DNA of 64,000 nucleotides from Chlorobiota bacterium (GTDB taxonomy: Bacteria > Bacteroidota > Ignavibacteria > Kapaibacteriales > NICIL-2), in assembly GCA_044224515.1 (NCBI GenBank), contig JBGAKH010000002.1, positions 355,817-419,816 of the forward strand, in the 5' to 3' direction. A model generated the notes under the pieces. It was given only the letters and a program-made list of their open reading frames with translations. It was not told the DNA's origin and did no database searches. This document shows, piece after piece, positions 27,868 through 38,332 of this stretch. Made by a program: the position numbers and the translations under genes. The stretch's first letter is position 1. Every line of letters starts with the position of its first letter.

Positions 27868-30800
27868 ATGCGTCCCCTCTACGTATTGCTTCTTGTAAGC
27901 ACACTACTGAGTGCTGCTATCGAAGCTCAGAACTACAAGTGGAACTATTTCAACAAACTCAATTACCCGCGACGAAACTACCCTGCTCAAAATCATTGTG
28001 CCGTATTCGACGATTGCAAAGTACTTGTCGCGGGAGGCTATGTTGGAGGTAGTTCCTCAACATTCGGGCAGCCGACGAAAAAGTGTGAGATCATCAATGT
28101 TTGTTGCTCCAATGTGACTCTAACCGGGGATATGGTCATACCTCGGGCCGAGCACATCCTCTTGACAACACCGGATTCAAACGTAATTGCTATTTCCGGT
28201 ATCACGCAAGTGACTAACGAGAACAATTTCACTGGCACGCACACTACGACGGTGGAACTCTACACTCGGGCTACAGGTACTTGGTCAACCATAGGTAACA
28301 TAAACACAGCAAGAAGGCAGGGTCAAGGTGTTTTTATCAGTAGTCACGAAGTCTTCATTATCGGTGGACGCATTGAGGATCTCTCTACGCTCGGCTCTGC
28401 TGAGATCTTCGATCTAAACACAGGCACAAGCACCAATGTAGCCAATGCGCCTATGCCGATAAACATGCACGTTGTCGGTATTGCAAGTAATGGAGATGTT
28501 ATCATTGCTGCCGGACGAAATGGCGGCACCGATGCCACGCGAACACCTAACATTTATCGATACAACCGTTCAACCAACACCTACACTCAAGTTGGTACGT
28601 TGCCCTCAGCAGTTCGTTCTCTTGCCCTACGAAAAGTCTTCGACGGACGTCTGCTAATGAGCGGAGGATTGATTAACGAATCCAGTCCGCAGATTTCCAG
28701 TTATATCGAAATAGAAAACAGCGGTAGCTACTCTCAACTGGGAAGTTCGTTGCAACCACGATGGGGTCATGGAATTGGACAAATCAATAATGATTCCTGT
28801 ATAGTCTTTGGCGGTGGTGGAACGACACTTCTTAATACGCGAGCAGAGTGTGATTGGATCAATGTGTCTACAAATCAAGTCAGTGCGGGACCGTCGCTTC
28901 CCAAAGGTCTTGCAAGCTTCAACTATGCATCTGTACCACTGAGTAAGAACTCAAGCGGACAAGTCCTTGCATCCGCAGTGCTAGTGATAGGTGGTGTGAG
29001 TGGTGCCAGCGAAATGCAAAAGGAAACCCCACGCGACACAATCTTCATCCTCCGCCGCTGCAGCGTTCCCGACTCCATTAAAAGTCAGACTGTGACAAGC
29101 GAATGTGCAACTGTACGACTATATATCGACTCCTTGTATCGCTGTTTGACTCCTACCCTTATCCGTTGGTCGTTTGGTGATAGCACCTACACGCAGACAT
29201 CTCCATGGTCCACCACACATACCTATCCGCGCAAAGGGACGTATGTGGTGAAGGCTACGTTGGTGTATGCGAATTGCGCAGACTCAGTGGTTCTGCAACA
29301 GAATGTAACGATTACAACGGGTGCAAACATTGTGTCATCACCTCGCACGATTGTAAAATGTGCAAAGGACTCCGTTGTGCAGTTACACGCTAGTGGTGGA
29401 GTACGCTATCTCTGGTCGCCGGGCAGCGGTTTAAGTGATTCTACGAGTGCGAATCCTATTGCACGACCTACAAAGGACACGAAATACATAGTCTACGGCT
29501 GGTCTGCGGATAGCTGTCGAGGTGTTGACTCTGTGTTCGTTCGAGTAAGCTCCGGACGTGCCAATGCCGGACCGGACAAGTCGATGTGCGGTCAGGGCGA
29601 CTCCGTTGTCCTCGTAGCTTTGGCTGATACCAAGATTCGTTCCGTGAAATGGACACCGAAGACCGGATTGGATTGCGACACCTGCCTTGTTACAAACGCC
29701 AAACCAACGGTCACTACCAATTATGTCGTCACTCTCGTTGACACCAACGGATGTGTTCTCTACGATACTGTAAAGGTGAGCATTAGAGCCGGATCTGCAG
29801 CTCGCATTGCCGGTGGACCCATTATGAATATCTGCTCGAGCTCAGACTCTGCTTTGCTCTCGCTGACAACGAAGGGTGGAGTGCGAAGCGTACGCTGGAC
29901 TCCAAATGTTGGGTTGTCATGTGATAGCTGTTTTAGCACCAAAGCGCTACCGAAGACCGCGGTGACTTATAAAGTGTTGATCACAGACTCAAGTGGCTGT
30001 ATAACGGTCGACAGCATACAGGTTACTGTCAATAAAACATCAAATCAGATTCAATCAGGTGCGCCCCAGTACATATGCTTCAAAGGCGACTCAGCCGTAC
30101 TTTCTGTTTCCGGAAAAGTGAAAGGTATTCTTTGGTCTCCTTCCACCGAAGTCTCGTGTTCTACCTGCACATCTACTCGCGTCAAACCTCCGACCACTCG
30201 CTTCTTTAGGTACAATGCCGTTGACAGTGCGGGTTGTTACTTCAGCGATTCGATTAAAGTTACGGTGTTGCCAAAGTCAACAGTCGATATTGCTCCGGAT
30301 ACGAGCGTGTGTGGCTCAACAGCTATTCTGCTCAACGTGTATGGACAATATCAGAACATTAACTGGACGCCTACCGGCGGTTTAAGCTGCACGAACTGCC
30401 CAACCGTCCTGGTAAACCCAACACCGGGTAAAACCATTACCTATTATGTTACTTCGCACAACGGAAATAGTGCTGACTGTGATAATCGTGACTCTATTAC
30501 CGTTCGCTTTGCACGGGGTATCGATGGACAGCTTAAGGATCAAGTAATCTGTCCGGGTGATTCTCTTAGCGTCACGCTGCGTCCTTTTGGTGGACACATC
30601 CTCTGGAATAGCTCACCTGATATTTCATGTGATACCTGCAGAAGCATCACCATAAAACCGACTAAAAACGGAAAGTATATTGTCACGGGAGACTCACTGG
30701 GATGCATATCCCGTGATACCTTCCTTGTTACACTTGCTCCAACTACACTCTCGGTTCCTAAGACTCTCAGTGCATGCGCCGGACAACGAGTCATGATGGG

Positions 30801-32739
30801 GGCAACAACGAATTCGACGATTGTCACGTGGACTCCGCCCGATGATTTGTCTTGCACTGATTGTCCAAATCCTCAAATCACGGCATCCGTTTCACGCACC
30901 TACTACGTCACCGCCGGACGTGGAAGCTGTCAAGTACGCGACTCGGTAGTTCTCACCGTAAAGCCGGCACCAAGTTTTAGTGCTTTCCCTCTCGACACGA
31001 CCATTTGTGGTCACGATCCGGTTATTGTGCACCTTACTGTGCAACCAAGCGGAACTACAGTGAGCTGGGATCCCAACTCAGATTTACAGTGTTACAATTG
31101 TGCGGATAATGTCATACGACCCACCACAGACGATGCACAATACACGGTTCATCTACGTAGTCCATCGGGTTGTGACACAAGCTTGGTCGTGCGCATCCAT
31201 CGCGTCAGTCTTCCCAAGCCGAACATCGTGGCTTCACGTCGAAAAGTATGTCAGGGCGACACACTCAGTTTGCAGCTCAGTCCGGTTAGTGGAGCTACCT
31301 ATAGCTGGAGCTCAAACAAAGGATCCGCAGCCCACATCGGTTGCGACAGCTGCAGTACCACAGTAGTCCAACCTCAGGACTCCACTCGATATTATGTCCG
31401 CATCCGCTTGAATGGCTGCGAGACCCTTGACAGTATTGACATTGCGGTCGAAGCTCGCGCTCAAGTTCAATTAAGTGCCGATACGACGGTGTGTGCCGGA
31501 ACCCTTGTGCAAATGCATGTGACGGGCGGAGATGTCGTGGAATGGGGCACTCATCCGGATATCAGCTGTACAAGCTGTCGCGATCAAGTCGTCACGCCTC
31601 AACACAGTACAACCTACACCCTGAGGGTGGGAATGGGAGTGAGTCCGGATTGTTGGCGAGACACCTCAATTACCATAACAACCATCCCTTGTAACGTCAA
31701 AGTTGACATTCAATCTACCGGTGTTGCACCCTTCCTTGCATGCGACAGCGCTCGAAGTCTTGTGAGTATCTTGAATGATGGCGACTTGACTTTGCGCATC
31801 GACAGTGTGATTGTCGCGCCAAGCAGTAGTGCATCGGTATCAAAAGCTGATCTGCAAGCACTTCAGGCGCAGCTTCCCACCACACTAGCGGCACACGGAG
31901 GAACGATTGCGTTTACTCTGAACCTCATACCCCTTCAATCCGGTGCGGCATCAGCGGATATTCTGGTGTACTGCAGTGACTCTGTCAGAATAGTTCACCT
32001 AGCCTTCACGAGTTACAATCGAATCGTCGACTTGAGCCTGCCGCCTACGTACAGTCTGCGTTCGGATACCACGATTCATCTGCCGGTTACAGCACGAAGT
32101 GTTGCTTGGTCTGAACTGCGACTGCGAGACAGTATTGTGGTTACAGTGCATATCGACTCATCAGCCCTTCTCTATCAAGATGTAGCTAAAGGCGCTGCGC
32201 TAAACGCAGATTGGCGTGTATCCTTCGATACACTAGCCAGTAGCTCTGCTAATCAAGTCTTCACCCTTCGCGGAAGTTCCGTTCTAAGCAGTGACGGAGA
32301 GTGGTTTGTACCTGAATACAAGACGTTGCTTCCAGTGCATTCGCCGGTTAATGCACAACTAAGCGCGCGATTTCCTTCTCTGCGTATACCCTGTGCAGAC
32401 CAAAACAACAGTGGTAGTGTGATGACCTTCTCTGCATGCGCCTTTAGTTTGCGACATGTCACGACCACTGCCGCATCCTTTGGACTTATCAATGTACATC
32501 CTAACCCTGTACGGAGTGGAAGTGTGCACCTGCGTTATGGTATCGCCGTCGAAGCTGCGGCCAATCTCGTAGTGTATAACACTAGTGGTCAGCTTGTTGC
32601 TGTGGTGTCTTCGGGTCTTCACTCGCCCGGAGAGTATGACGTCGACCTTTCAACACGTGGTCTTTCCAATGGAGAGTACCTCATACGTCTTGAAGTGTTC
32701 GGTCAGGTGTACTCAACGCCGCTCGTCATAGCGAACTGA
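27868..32739 (+). CDS. Giant T9SS-secreted adhesin-like protein: N-terminal Kelch/galactose-oxidase-type beta-propeller, about 13 tandem Ig-like Cys-pair domains, C-terminal Por secretion sorting domain
   Basis: Signal peptide MRPLYVLLLVSTLLSAAIEAQ with an AGGAG-like RBS upstream. Kelch-like blades (AVFDDCKVLVAGGY, VFIIGGR, AAGRNGG, LMSGGL, IVFGGGG). About 85-aa repeats, each with W-[ST]-P-x(3)-[LV]-[SD]-C-x-[TS]-C and a second Cys (for example WTPKTGLDCDTCLVTNAKPTVTTNYVVTLVDTNGCVLYDTVKV). C-terminal ...INVHPNPVRSGSVHLRYG...YLIRLEVFGQVYSTPLVIAN is a T9SS CTD. Confidence 0.8.
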   Translation: MRPLYVLLLVSTLLSAAIEAQNYKWNYFNKLNYPRRNYPAQNHCAVFDDCKVLVAGGYVGGSSSTFGQPTKKCEIINVCCSNVTLTGDMVIPRAEHILLTTPDSNVIAISGITQVTNENNFTGTHTTTVELYTRATGTWSTIGNINTARRQGQGVFISSHEVFIIGGRIEDLSTLGSAEIFDLNTGTSTNVANAPMPINMHVVGIASNGDVIIAAGRNGGTDATRTPNIYRYNRSTNTYTQVGTLPSAVRSLALRKVFDGRLLMSGGLINESSPQISSYIEIENSGSYSQLGSSLQPRWGHGIGQINNDSCIVFGGGGTTLLNTRAECDWINVSTNQVSAGPSLPKGLASFNYASVPLSKNSSGQVLASAVLVIGGVSGASEMQKETPRDTIFILRRCSVPDSIKSQTVTSECATVRLYIDSLYRCLTPTLIRWSFGDSTYTQTSPWSTTHTYPRKGTYVVKATLVYANCADSVVLQQNVTITTGANIVSSPRTIVKCAKDSVVQLHASGGVRYLWSPGSGLSDSTSANPIARPTKDTKYIVYGWSADSCRGVDSVFVRVSSGRANAGPDKSMCGQGDSVVLVALADTKIRSVKWTPKTGLDCDTCLVTNAKPTVTTNYVVTLVDTNGCVLYDTVKVSIRAGSAARIAGGPIMNICSSSDSALLSLTTKGGVRSVRWTPNVGLSCDSCFSTKALPKTAVTYKVLITDSSGCITVDSIQVTVNKTSNQIQSGAPQYICFKGDSAVLSVSGKVKGILWSPSTEVSCSTCTSTRVKPPTTRFFRYNAVDSAGCYFSDSIKVTVLPKSTVDIAPDTSVCGSTAILLNVYGQYQNINWTPTGGLSCTNCPTVLVNPTPGKTITYYVTSHNGNSADCDNRDSITVRFARGIDGQLKDQVICPGDSLSVTLRPFGGHILWNSSPDISCDTCRSITIKPTKNGKYIVTGDSLGCISRDTFLVTLAPTTLSVPKTLSACAGQRVMMGATTNSTIVTWTPPDDLSCTDCPNPQITASVSRTYYVTAGRGSCQVRDSVVLTVKPAPSFSAFPLDTTICGHDPVIVHLTVQPSGTTVSWDPNSDLQCYNCADNVIRPTTDDAQYTVHLRSPSGCDTSLVVRIHRVSLPKPNIVASRRKVCQGDTLSLQLSPVSGATYSWSSNKGSAAHIGCDSCSTTVVQPQDSTRYYVRIRLNGCETLDSIDIAVEARAQVQLSADTTVCAGTLVQMHVTGGDVVEWGTHPDISCTSCRDQVVTPQHSTTYTLRVGMGVSPDCWRDTSITITTIPCNVKVDIQSTGVAPFLACDSARSLVSILNDGDLTLRIDSVIVAPSSSASVSKADLQALQAQLPTTLAAHGGTIAFTLNLIPLQSGAASADILVYCSDSVRIVHLAFTSYNRIVDLSLPPTYSLRSDTTIHLPVTARSVAWSELRLRDSIVVTVHIDSSALLYQDVAKGAALNADWRVSFDTLASSSANQVFTLRGSSVLSSDGEWFVPEYKTLLPVHSPVNAQLSARFPSLRIPCADQNNSGSVMTFSACAFSLRHVTTTAASFGLINVHPNPVRSGSVHLRYGIAVEAAANLVVYNTSGQLVAVVSSGLHSPGEYDVDLSTRGLSNGEYLIRLEVFGQVYSTPLVIAN

Positions 32740-32762
32740 CCTAGGGATCCGTCAGCTGAGTT

Positions 32763-34181
32763 TTACACTTTAGAAGTGTCGACGGTGCTCGTTTTCGGGA
32801 GACGGCTCTTGTACTTGTTCCAACACAACAATTGCATCATGTTGAAGATGTCGACAGAACAATGATGCAAGGAGTTATAGTAGTCGCGATCCGCGCTTCG
32901 AAGGGCAGTGTGTTGCTCTACGGCTTTGAGAAGAGTGCGGAGATGTCGAAACTCGGAACGCCACAGCTCTGCATCGCGAATATCTTTCTTGGTAGCAAAG
33001 TATCGTAGCGACCTGGCAATGAGCTCAAGGGCATAGAAACTGTCACCACTGAGAGCAAAGGATACACATTCTAAAAATCGGAGCTCGGCCTCAACGCCTC
33101 TGTACACTTTGACCGACATAGCAAGTCCGGCGCTGATGAACTTTAGGGCCATGTCCGTATTACCCGTGTAGAGATAATACATGGAAAAGTCGGTAGCATC
33201 CATAGGCCGCATCAAGTCTTTCCCGAGTATGGCCATAGTTCCGAAGCGCATCTTTAGAATCTGCTCGGCCTTGCGCAGCTTGCCGGACATCAAGAGAATG
33301 CGGAAGTAGTACAGATTCAACTGTCCATTGCGACGATAAATCTCAGGATTTTCCTCCCACACTGCCTCGCATTGTTGCAATGCTTTGTCCAATCCGTCCA
33401 AATGAAGATAGGTCTCCGCAAGTGATCCACGTACAACATAGCGCGCCTCAGGATAGATGGTAGGGTTTGCAATGAGGATATCCAAAGCGCGTTCCCACCA
33501 CAGCACGACGTTTTCAAGTCGGGAGGTGGCAGTGTAAAGCTGCGCCAAGGCTCGACACAGAACGATTTGAGACTCGGGCCACTTCTTGGATTTGATTGTT
33601 CTCCACGTCTCCAACAGCTCCTTTTCGTAGGGAGCCAAAATCTCATCGCGCTCGCCCTTGATGTAGTGAATCACGATCTCTCGGATCATGGTTCGAATGC
33701 GCACAAGGTAGGGTGCCTCAGGACTCTTAGCCACGCTGCGGTAACGCTTACATATTTGAGTCCATATTTTCTCCTGAAAGATTCGTGCTTCAAACAACAA
33801 ATAGCTGTTAACTGCCGTATGATACAACTGCTCCATATCGTCTGCTGCAGCATCGCGACGGTATTGTCGATCCCGCTTTGCCAGCTCGTGCACATAGTTC
33901 TCATGCAATCCACTCTTTGCCAAGATGTGAAAGATGCTCTCGCGTTGGAGCTCGGAGATGTACTCATACGACCGAGATAAGATCACACTCGCGCATTTGT
34001 CAAAGTGCGCAATGGTCATACTAAGCTCAGACGGTAGCTCGCGTGCATCACGTAAGCGGTCGGCAGCATCGATGTGTGACACTAACACCCTCTGCTCAGT
34101 ACTACTGAGCTTCACGGACTCAGGCAGACGTCGACGTACATCGGGTGAAAGGGAGGTCAGAAATTCGCTCAAATAACTCAT
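32763..34181 (-). CDS. Putative HTH-containing helical-repeat regulator; paralogue of 1656..3002
   Basis: Same size and N-terminal pattern as the 1656..3002 product (LSPDVRRRLPESVKLSSTEQRVLVSHI). All-helical. Start at ATG 34181; the track begins at a TTG at 34235. Confidence 0.4.
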   Translation of the reverse strand: MSYLSEFLTSLSPDVRRRLPESVKLSSTEQRVLVSHIDAADRLRDARELPSELSMTIAHFDKCASVILSRSYEYISELQRESIFHILAKSGLHENYVHELAKRDRQYRRDAAADDMEQLYHTAVNSYLLFEARIFQEKIWTQICKRYRSVAKSPEAPYLVRIRTMIREIVIHYIKGERDEILAPYEKELLETWRTIKSKKWPESQIVLCRALAQLYTATSRLENVVLWWERALDILIANPTIYPEARYVVRGSLAETYLHLDGLDKALQQCEAVWEENPEIYRRNGQLNLYYFRILLMSGKLRKAEQILKMRFGTMAILGKDLMRPMDATDFSMYYLYTGNTDMALKFISAGLAMSVKVYRGVEAELRFLECVSFALSGDSFYALELIARSLRYFATKKDIRDAELWRSEFRHLRTLLKAVEQHTALRSADRDYYNSLHHCSVDIFNMMQLLCWNKYKSRLPKTSTVDTSKV

Positions 34182-34449
34182 CGTGTGGGCAAACGGTTTG
34201 TCGACGGAAGTCTCAACTGCATACAGCGAGCCCAACGATGTTTCGCGGCATCGTCAACGGCCCGGTAAGAATAGAAGCAAAATCGGATTTTTTTCGCCTT
34301 GTCACTGCTCGAATTTCGCCCGCCGTCCGCAACGCTCTTCAAGGTCGGCAATAAATGAAGGTTTGAAAGAGCATCCGATGCATCTGCCTCGACACCCCGG
34401 GGCGCGCATCATTCGGACACCACACCATTCTTCAGAGGAGAGGACCCAC

Positions 34450-35439
34450 ATGTCGTATTTAGTTTCAGAGACCACCACTCTACGAAGGAGAAGCTTGTTG
34501 CTCTTCGTGAAACTGAGCAGTGTCGTGGTATTATGCGTGCTTTTCAATTCCGCCCTGCTCAGAGCGCAAGTGCACTATCGAATCATAGACAACGAACCAA
34601 ACGCGTGGAACTGGATGGCATCGGCCTCGATCCACACCCAAAACTTTAACTCTGCCAATCTTCGGCTAACTGCCGGCTTCAAACCGGTGGACTGGCTTGT
34701 TCTTAGCGCACGACACACCTTGCCTTTGTATGCGCACGCCTTTTCAGGCGATGCCAACGCGGCGTCTTGCTCGTTCAGTGATGCAAGCGCTGTGCTGCGA
34801 CTGGGTTCAGCGTGGACGGAGAAAGAGCGGGTGACGGTTAGCTCCTCAAGCTCAGAGTACGGTGGAGTTCGCACACACAGCTCTTCATATTTCGAGGCAG
34901 ACATGAAAGTGTACAGCTACGTTGGGTTACGTGGTGGTTTGTGTTTACAGAACATGGTACAACCCATCAACGCGGCGCGCTTCGACATCGCAAAAAGCGA
35001 TGAAACTGCTCGCATCGTGGACACAAACTGGACCGGAGAAACACGCGTGACCGCAACAGGGCTTCACGCCGGAATCGAGTGGGGAAGAGACTCGCATGCC
35101 AACGTCGAGTTTGAAGCTGATGGCGATCGAGGTCGTGCTCAGGTCTGCTACAACGCACGATACTATCTGGACTTTCTCTACATGCCGGATCTGAACTACC
35201 ATCATTTCAGCTCCGCAGGAAGTGACTATGCGGTGCAAACAAAGGCAGATCGATCATACACCCAGCTCGGTGGACGCTTTGGTTTCGAACAGAATTTCCG
35301 TTGGTGGACGTGGGGTGCTGAACTCGGCTTGCAACGTCGCTTCGGTGACGGAGAAAGCACGAAACTTTCCGAAAACGGCTACGGCTACCTGAACTTCTTC
35401 TTCGGCTTTTCCATAGCTAACTGGGCATCCGCTGAATAA
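34450..35439 (+). CDS. Secreted hypothetical protein (possible outer-membrane protein)
   Basis: Signal peptide MSYLVSETTTLRRRSLLLFVKLSSVVVLCVLFNSALLRAQ. Beta-rich with aromatic-rich C-terminal segment NFFFGFSIANW. The track extends the N-terminus to 34183. Confidence 0.4.
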   Translation: MSYLVSETTTLRRRSLLLFVKLSSVVVLCVLFNSALLRAQVHYRIIDNEPNAWNWMASASIHTQNFNSANLRLTAGFKPVDWLVLSARHTLPLYAHAFSGDANAASCSFSDASAVLRLGSAWTEKERVTVSSSSSEYGGVRTHSSSYFEADMKVYSYVGLRGGLCLQNMVQPINAARFDIAKSDETARIVDTNWTGETRVTATGLHAGIEWGRDSHANVEFEADGDRGRAQVCYNARYYLDFLYMPDLNYHHFSSAGSDYAVQTKADRSYTQLGGRFGFEQNFRWWTWGAELGLQRRFGDGESTKLSENGYGYLNFFFGFSIANWASAE

Positions 35440-35804
35440 ACACATAGCGAGAAGCGCAACTGGAAATGCAAGGATGACCGGTCAAGTAGAACAATGTGTA
35501 CCGTGTCTTTAGTCCAAACTACTGAGATGACGAAAAACGAAAGCGCTTCTGTTCGTGTAATACGCTTCCGAGCGCAGGAAGTATCTCATGATAGCTCGTG
35601 ACGGCTCGAGAAAACTCAAAAAAGCTTACAACATTCACAACAACTCACGCTCGCTCAAGCCAGCGTACAACATCTCGCATGGCACGTTCAGAACACTCAT
35701 TGAGCAGTACCATGCCTTCGTTGCGGGGACCAATACTTGCCGGTTCACGACAACGATCGACTTACAACACCTTTACACACTACCACAACCAAAAAAGAAT
35801 CACC

Positions 35805-36398
35805 ATGACGACAACAACAAAGCAAGCAAGCAAGACACATGGAAGAGGTGTAAGCAGAGTCTTTCACCTGGCCAAGGTCGGACTGAGTATGAGCAGCCTT
35901 TGCGTTGCTTTGTTCTTAGCCGGCTGTAGTCTTCCGGAAATCGAGAACGCAGTGGCTGCCTCACAGTTGAGCACTGTCGACTCAACAATCAGTGGTGCTG
36001 CAGGCAGCTGCGAATGGAATGTGGACGGAAAGAGTTTTACATCCAAAGGACTCTACCGTAGCTCCACCAAAACCTTGATCATGCATGCCGATGCTGACAA
36101 CATTCTTGAATTCACCTTCTCTACAGCGACGCCAAGCTTGAAGCAAATGAGTATACCATTGGTTCCGGTGGCAATCTATCCCTATAATGCGAGCGTGTTG
36201 TTGAAGAGGCGCAATACGGATGGAAGCGGTTACCTCAGTACAGGAGTCAACGTCATTGGCTCTTTGGACATCATGGCGCTTACCGCGAATCAGCTCAGTG
36301 CGCGTATCAGTTTTGATGCCAGTGCCGCAGCATACGGCACCGGTGCACTATCAACGATACACGTTAGCGGAAGCGTGACAGATGTTCCGATTCGCTAG
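35805..36398 (+). CDS. Hypothetical lipoprotein
   Basis: Lipobox LFLAGCSLPE after an H-region. No recognisable domain. Confidence 0.45.
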   Translation: MTTTTKQASKTHGRGVSRVFHLAKVGLSMSSLCVALFLAGCSLPEIENAVAASQLSTVDSTISGAAGSCEWNVDGKSFTSKGLYRSSTKTLIMHADADNILEFTFSTATPSLKQMSIPLVPVAIYPYNASVLLKRRNTDGSGYLSTGVNVIGSLDIMALTANQLSARISFDASAAAYGTGALSTIHVSGSVTDVPIR

Positions 36399-36766
36399 TC
36401 CCTATGCAATGACGTGACCTTAGGCGGTCTTCCACATCGTGGCACGGCGAGTCAACACAGTCTTTCATCAGCATACGCAGAGCACCGGCCCTCGTGCAGC
36501 GGGCGTCGCCCGATGCATAGACAAATAACTTCTTGAGATCCTAGAAGACAAAACGCTCCCTCACGCGCGGCAAAATATTTTTTAGCTCGGGCGCTCTGCA
36601 GCACTGATAGTTCCTCGTGACGGCTTATTTTCGCATCGGCTACTTTATGGGATTGCCGCAGCATGAGATCAGCCCTTGATCTGTGGGCTGCGGCAGTAGT
36701 CAACGAGAGCAGCATCTCGTATCCTGTTCCACCGCCGTCTCAACACAACAAACTCCCGGGAGCACT

Positions 36767-37897
36767 ATGCTCTACTATTTAGCGTTGTGGCTCGAAAAGA
36801 ACTTTCAGCCACCGGGCATGGGCGTATTTCGTTATGTCACCTTTCGCTCTGCCGGCGCAGCGATTACTGCATTGCTTATCAGCTTTGTTGTGGGTCCGCG
36901 CATCATTCGTGCATTGAAGCGACACCAAATGGGTGAGCAAGAGAAGCGCGAATTGGCAGGTGTGGGCACGCACAATCTCAAAGCCGGAACACCGACAATG
37001 GGAGGTCTCATTGTGCTAACCGCTCTCCTGGTGCCGACACTCCTGTGGGCTAATATTACCAATGCCTATGTGATTTTGATCGTCCTAGTGACGGCCTGGC
37101 TAGGAATGGTTGGTTTCTTGGACGACTATTTAAAAGTAGTGCGCAAGTTTCCTAAAGGATTGATCGGACGCTATAAGATAGTAGGACAAGTCGGTATTGG
37201 ATTGATTCTTGGCGGCACGATCTACTTCTATCCTGAGCTCTTCGATGATAGCATGCGTGCCGTGCACACCTTCACCACAGTTCCTTTTTCCAAGCACATC
37301 AATTTCGATTGGGGTTGGACCTACATTCCCGTGGTCATATTCGTCTTGACCGCCACCTCGAATGCCGTAAACCTCACGGATGGTTTGGACGGGCTGGCAA
37401 TGGGTACTGTCGGAATTGCAGCGCTCACCTTGGCTCTTATTGCGTACTTCAGCGGCAATGCGGTCTTTGCCAACTACCTGAACATCATGCACCTGAGAGG
37501 GGCAGATGAGCTCACAGTGTTTTGTGCCGCCCTTACCGGTGCAGCTATGGGATTCTTGTGGTTTAACAGCTTTCCCGCGCAAGTATTCATGGGCGACACC
37601 GGCTCGCTCGCCTTGGGTGGTGCAATTGGAGCATTGGGAATTTTGATAAAGAAAGAGTTTCTACTTCCCATTGTTGGAGGGATCTTCTTTGCTGAGACCA
37701 TTTCGGTTATCATCCAGGTAAGCTACTTTCGGTACACCAAGAAGAAGTACGGTGAAGGACGTCGCATTTTCAAGATAGCGCCCCTACACCACCATTTTGA
37801 GAAATCGGGTTGGCATGAATCGAAGATTGTTACGCGGTTTTATATCATAGGAATCATGCTTGCCATTATTACCATGGCAACCTTTAAGGTTCGGTAG
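36767..37897 (+). CDS. mraY: Phospho-N-acetylmuramoyl-pentapeptide transferase
   Basis: MraY-specific motifs KAGTPTMGG, FLDDYLKVVRKFPKGL, NAVNLTDGLDGLA, FMGDTGSLALGG. Ten or so TM segments. Confidence 0.9.
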   Translation: MLYYLALWLEKNFQPPGMGVFRYVTFRSAGAAITALLISFVVGPRIIRALKRHQMGEQEKRELAGVGTHNLKAGTPTMGGLIVLTALLVPTLLWANITNAYVILIVLVTAWLGMVGFLDDYLKVVRKFPKGLIGRYKIVGQVGIGLILGGTIYFYPELFDDSMRAVHTFTTVPFSKHINFDWGWTYIPVVIFVLTATSNAVNLTDGLDGLAMGTVGIAALTLALIAYFSGNAVFANYLNIMHLRGADELTVFCAALTGAAMGFLWFNSFPAQVFMGDTGSLALGGAIGALGILIKKEFLLPIVGGIFFAETISVIIQVSYFRYTKKKYGEGRRIFKIAPLHHHFEKSGWHESKIVTRFYIIGIMLAIITMATFKVR

Positions 37898-37960
37898 TGT
37901 TATTGTCAAAGAGCGGGGTCAGCTAGGCGGTTCCGTCTCCAAGGCCAAATCATCATTTTT

Positions 37961-38332
37961 ATGAAGCTCTATTCCGGCATACTTGTTCGCAGTTGCGCAG
38001 TGCTCCTACTCCTATTGAGTGCCTGCGTAACACCTGTAAAGAAAGACTTTCCACCCAACTCATTCGTGGTGAGTGGACGAATCAATCCGGTTGGAGGCTC
38101 CAAGAGTTTGAAAGGAACAGAGTGCTGGGTACTGGAGTGCGGGTCATCCGATTTGCGACAACTCAAATATTACCAGCTCAGCGGAGAGAAAGAGATCATG
38201 GACCGACTGCATGAAGAAGACATGAAGGTCACTGTTCGCATTGTTGAGCGACCGGATTTGAGCACCTCTTGTAACGTTGGGACCATGGTTGAAGTCTTAG
38301 AAATAGTGGAAGCCCGTTCCAAGACAAACTGA
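37961..38332 (+). CDS. Small hypothetical lipoprotein
   Basis: Lipobox LLLLLSACVTP. 123 aa. No domain recognised. Confidence 0.4.
   Translation: MKLYSGILVRSCAVLLLLLSACVTPVKKDFPPNSFVVSGRINPVGGSKSLKGTECWVLECGSSDLRQLKYYQLSGEKEIMDRLHEEDMKVTVRIVERPDLSTSCNVGTMVEVLEIVEARSKTN

Noticed and set aside
27868-32739. Diversity-generating retroelement target (giant Ig-repeat protein with a C-terminal variable region)
   Set aside because: There is no reverse transcriptase gene and no near-identical template/variable repeat pair in the window. The repeats are divergent at the DNA level.
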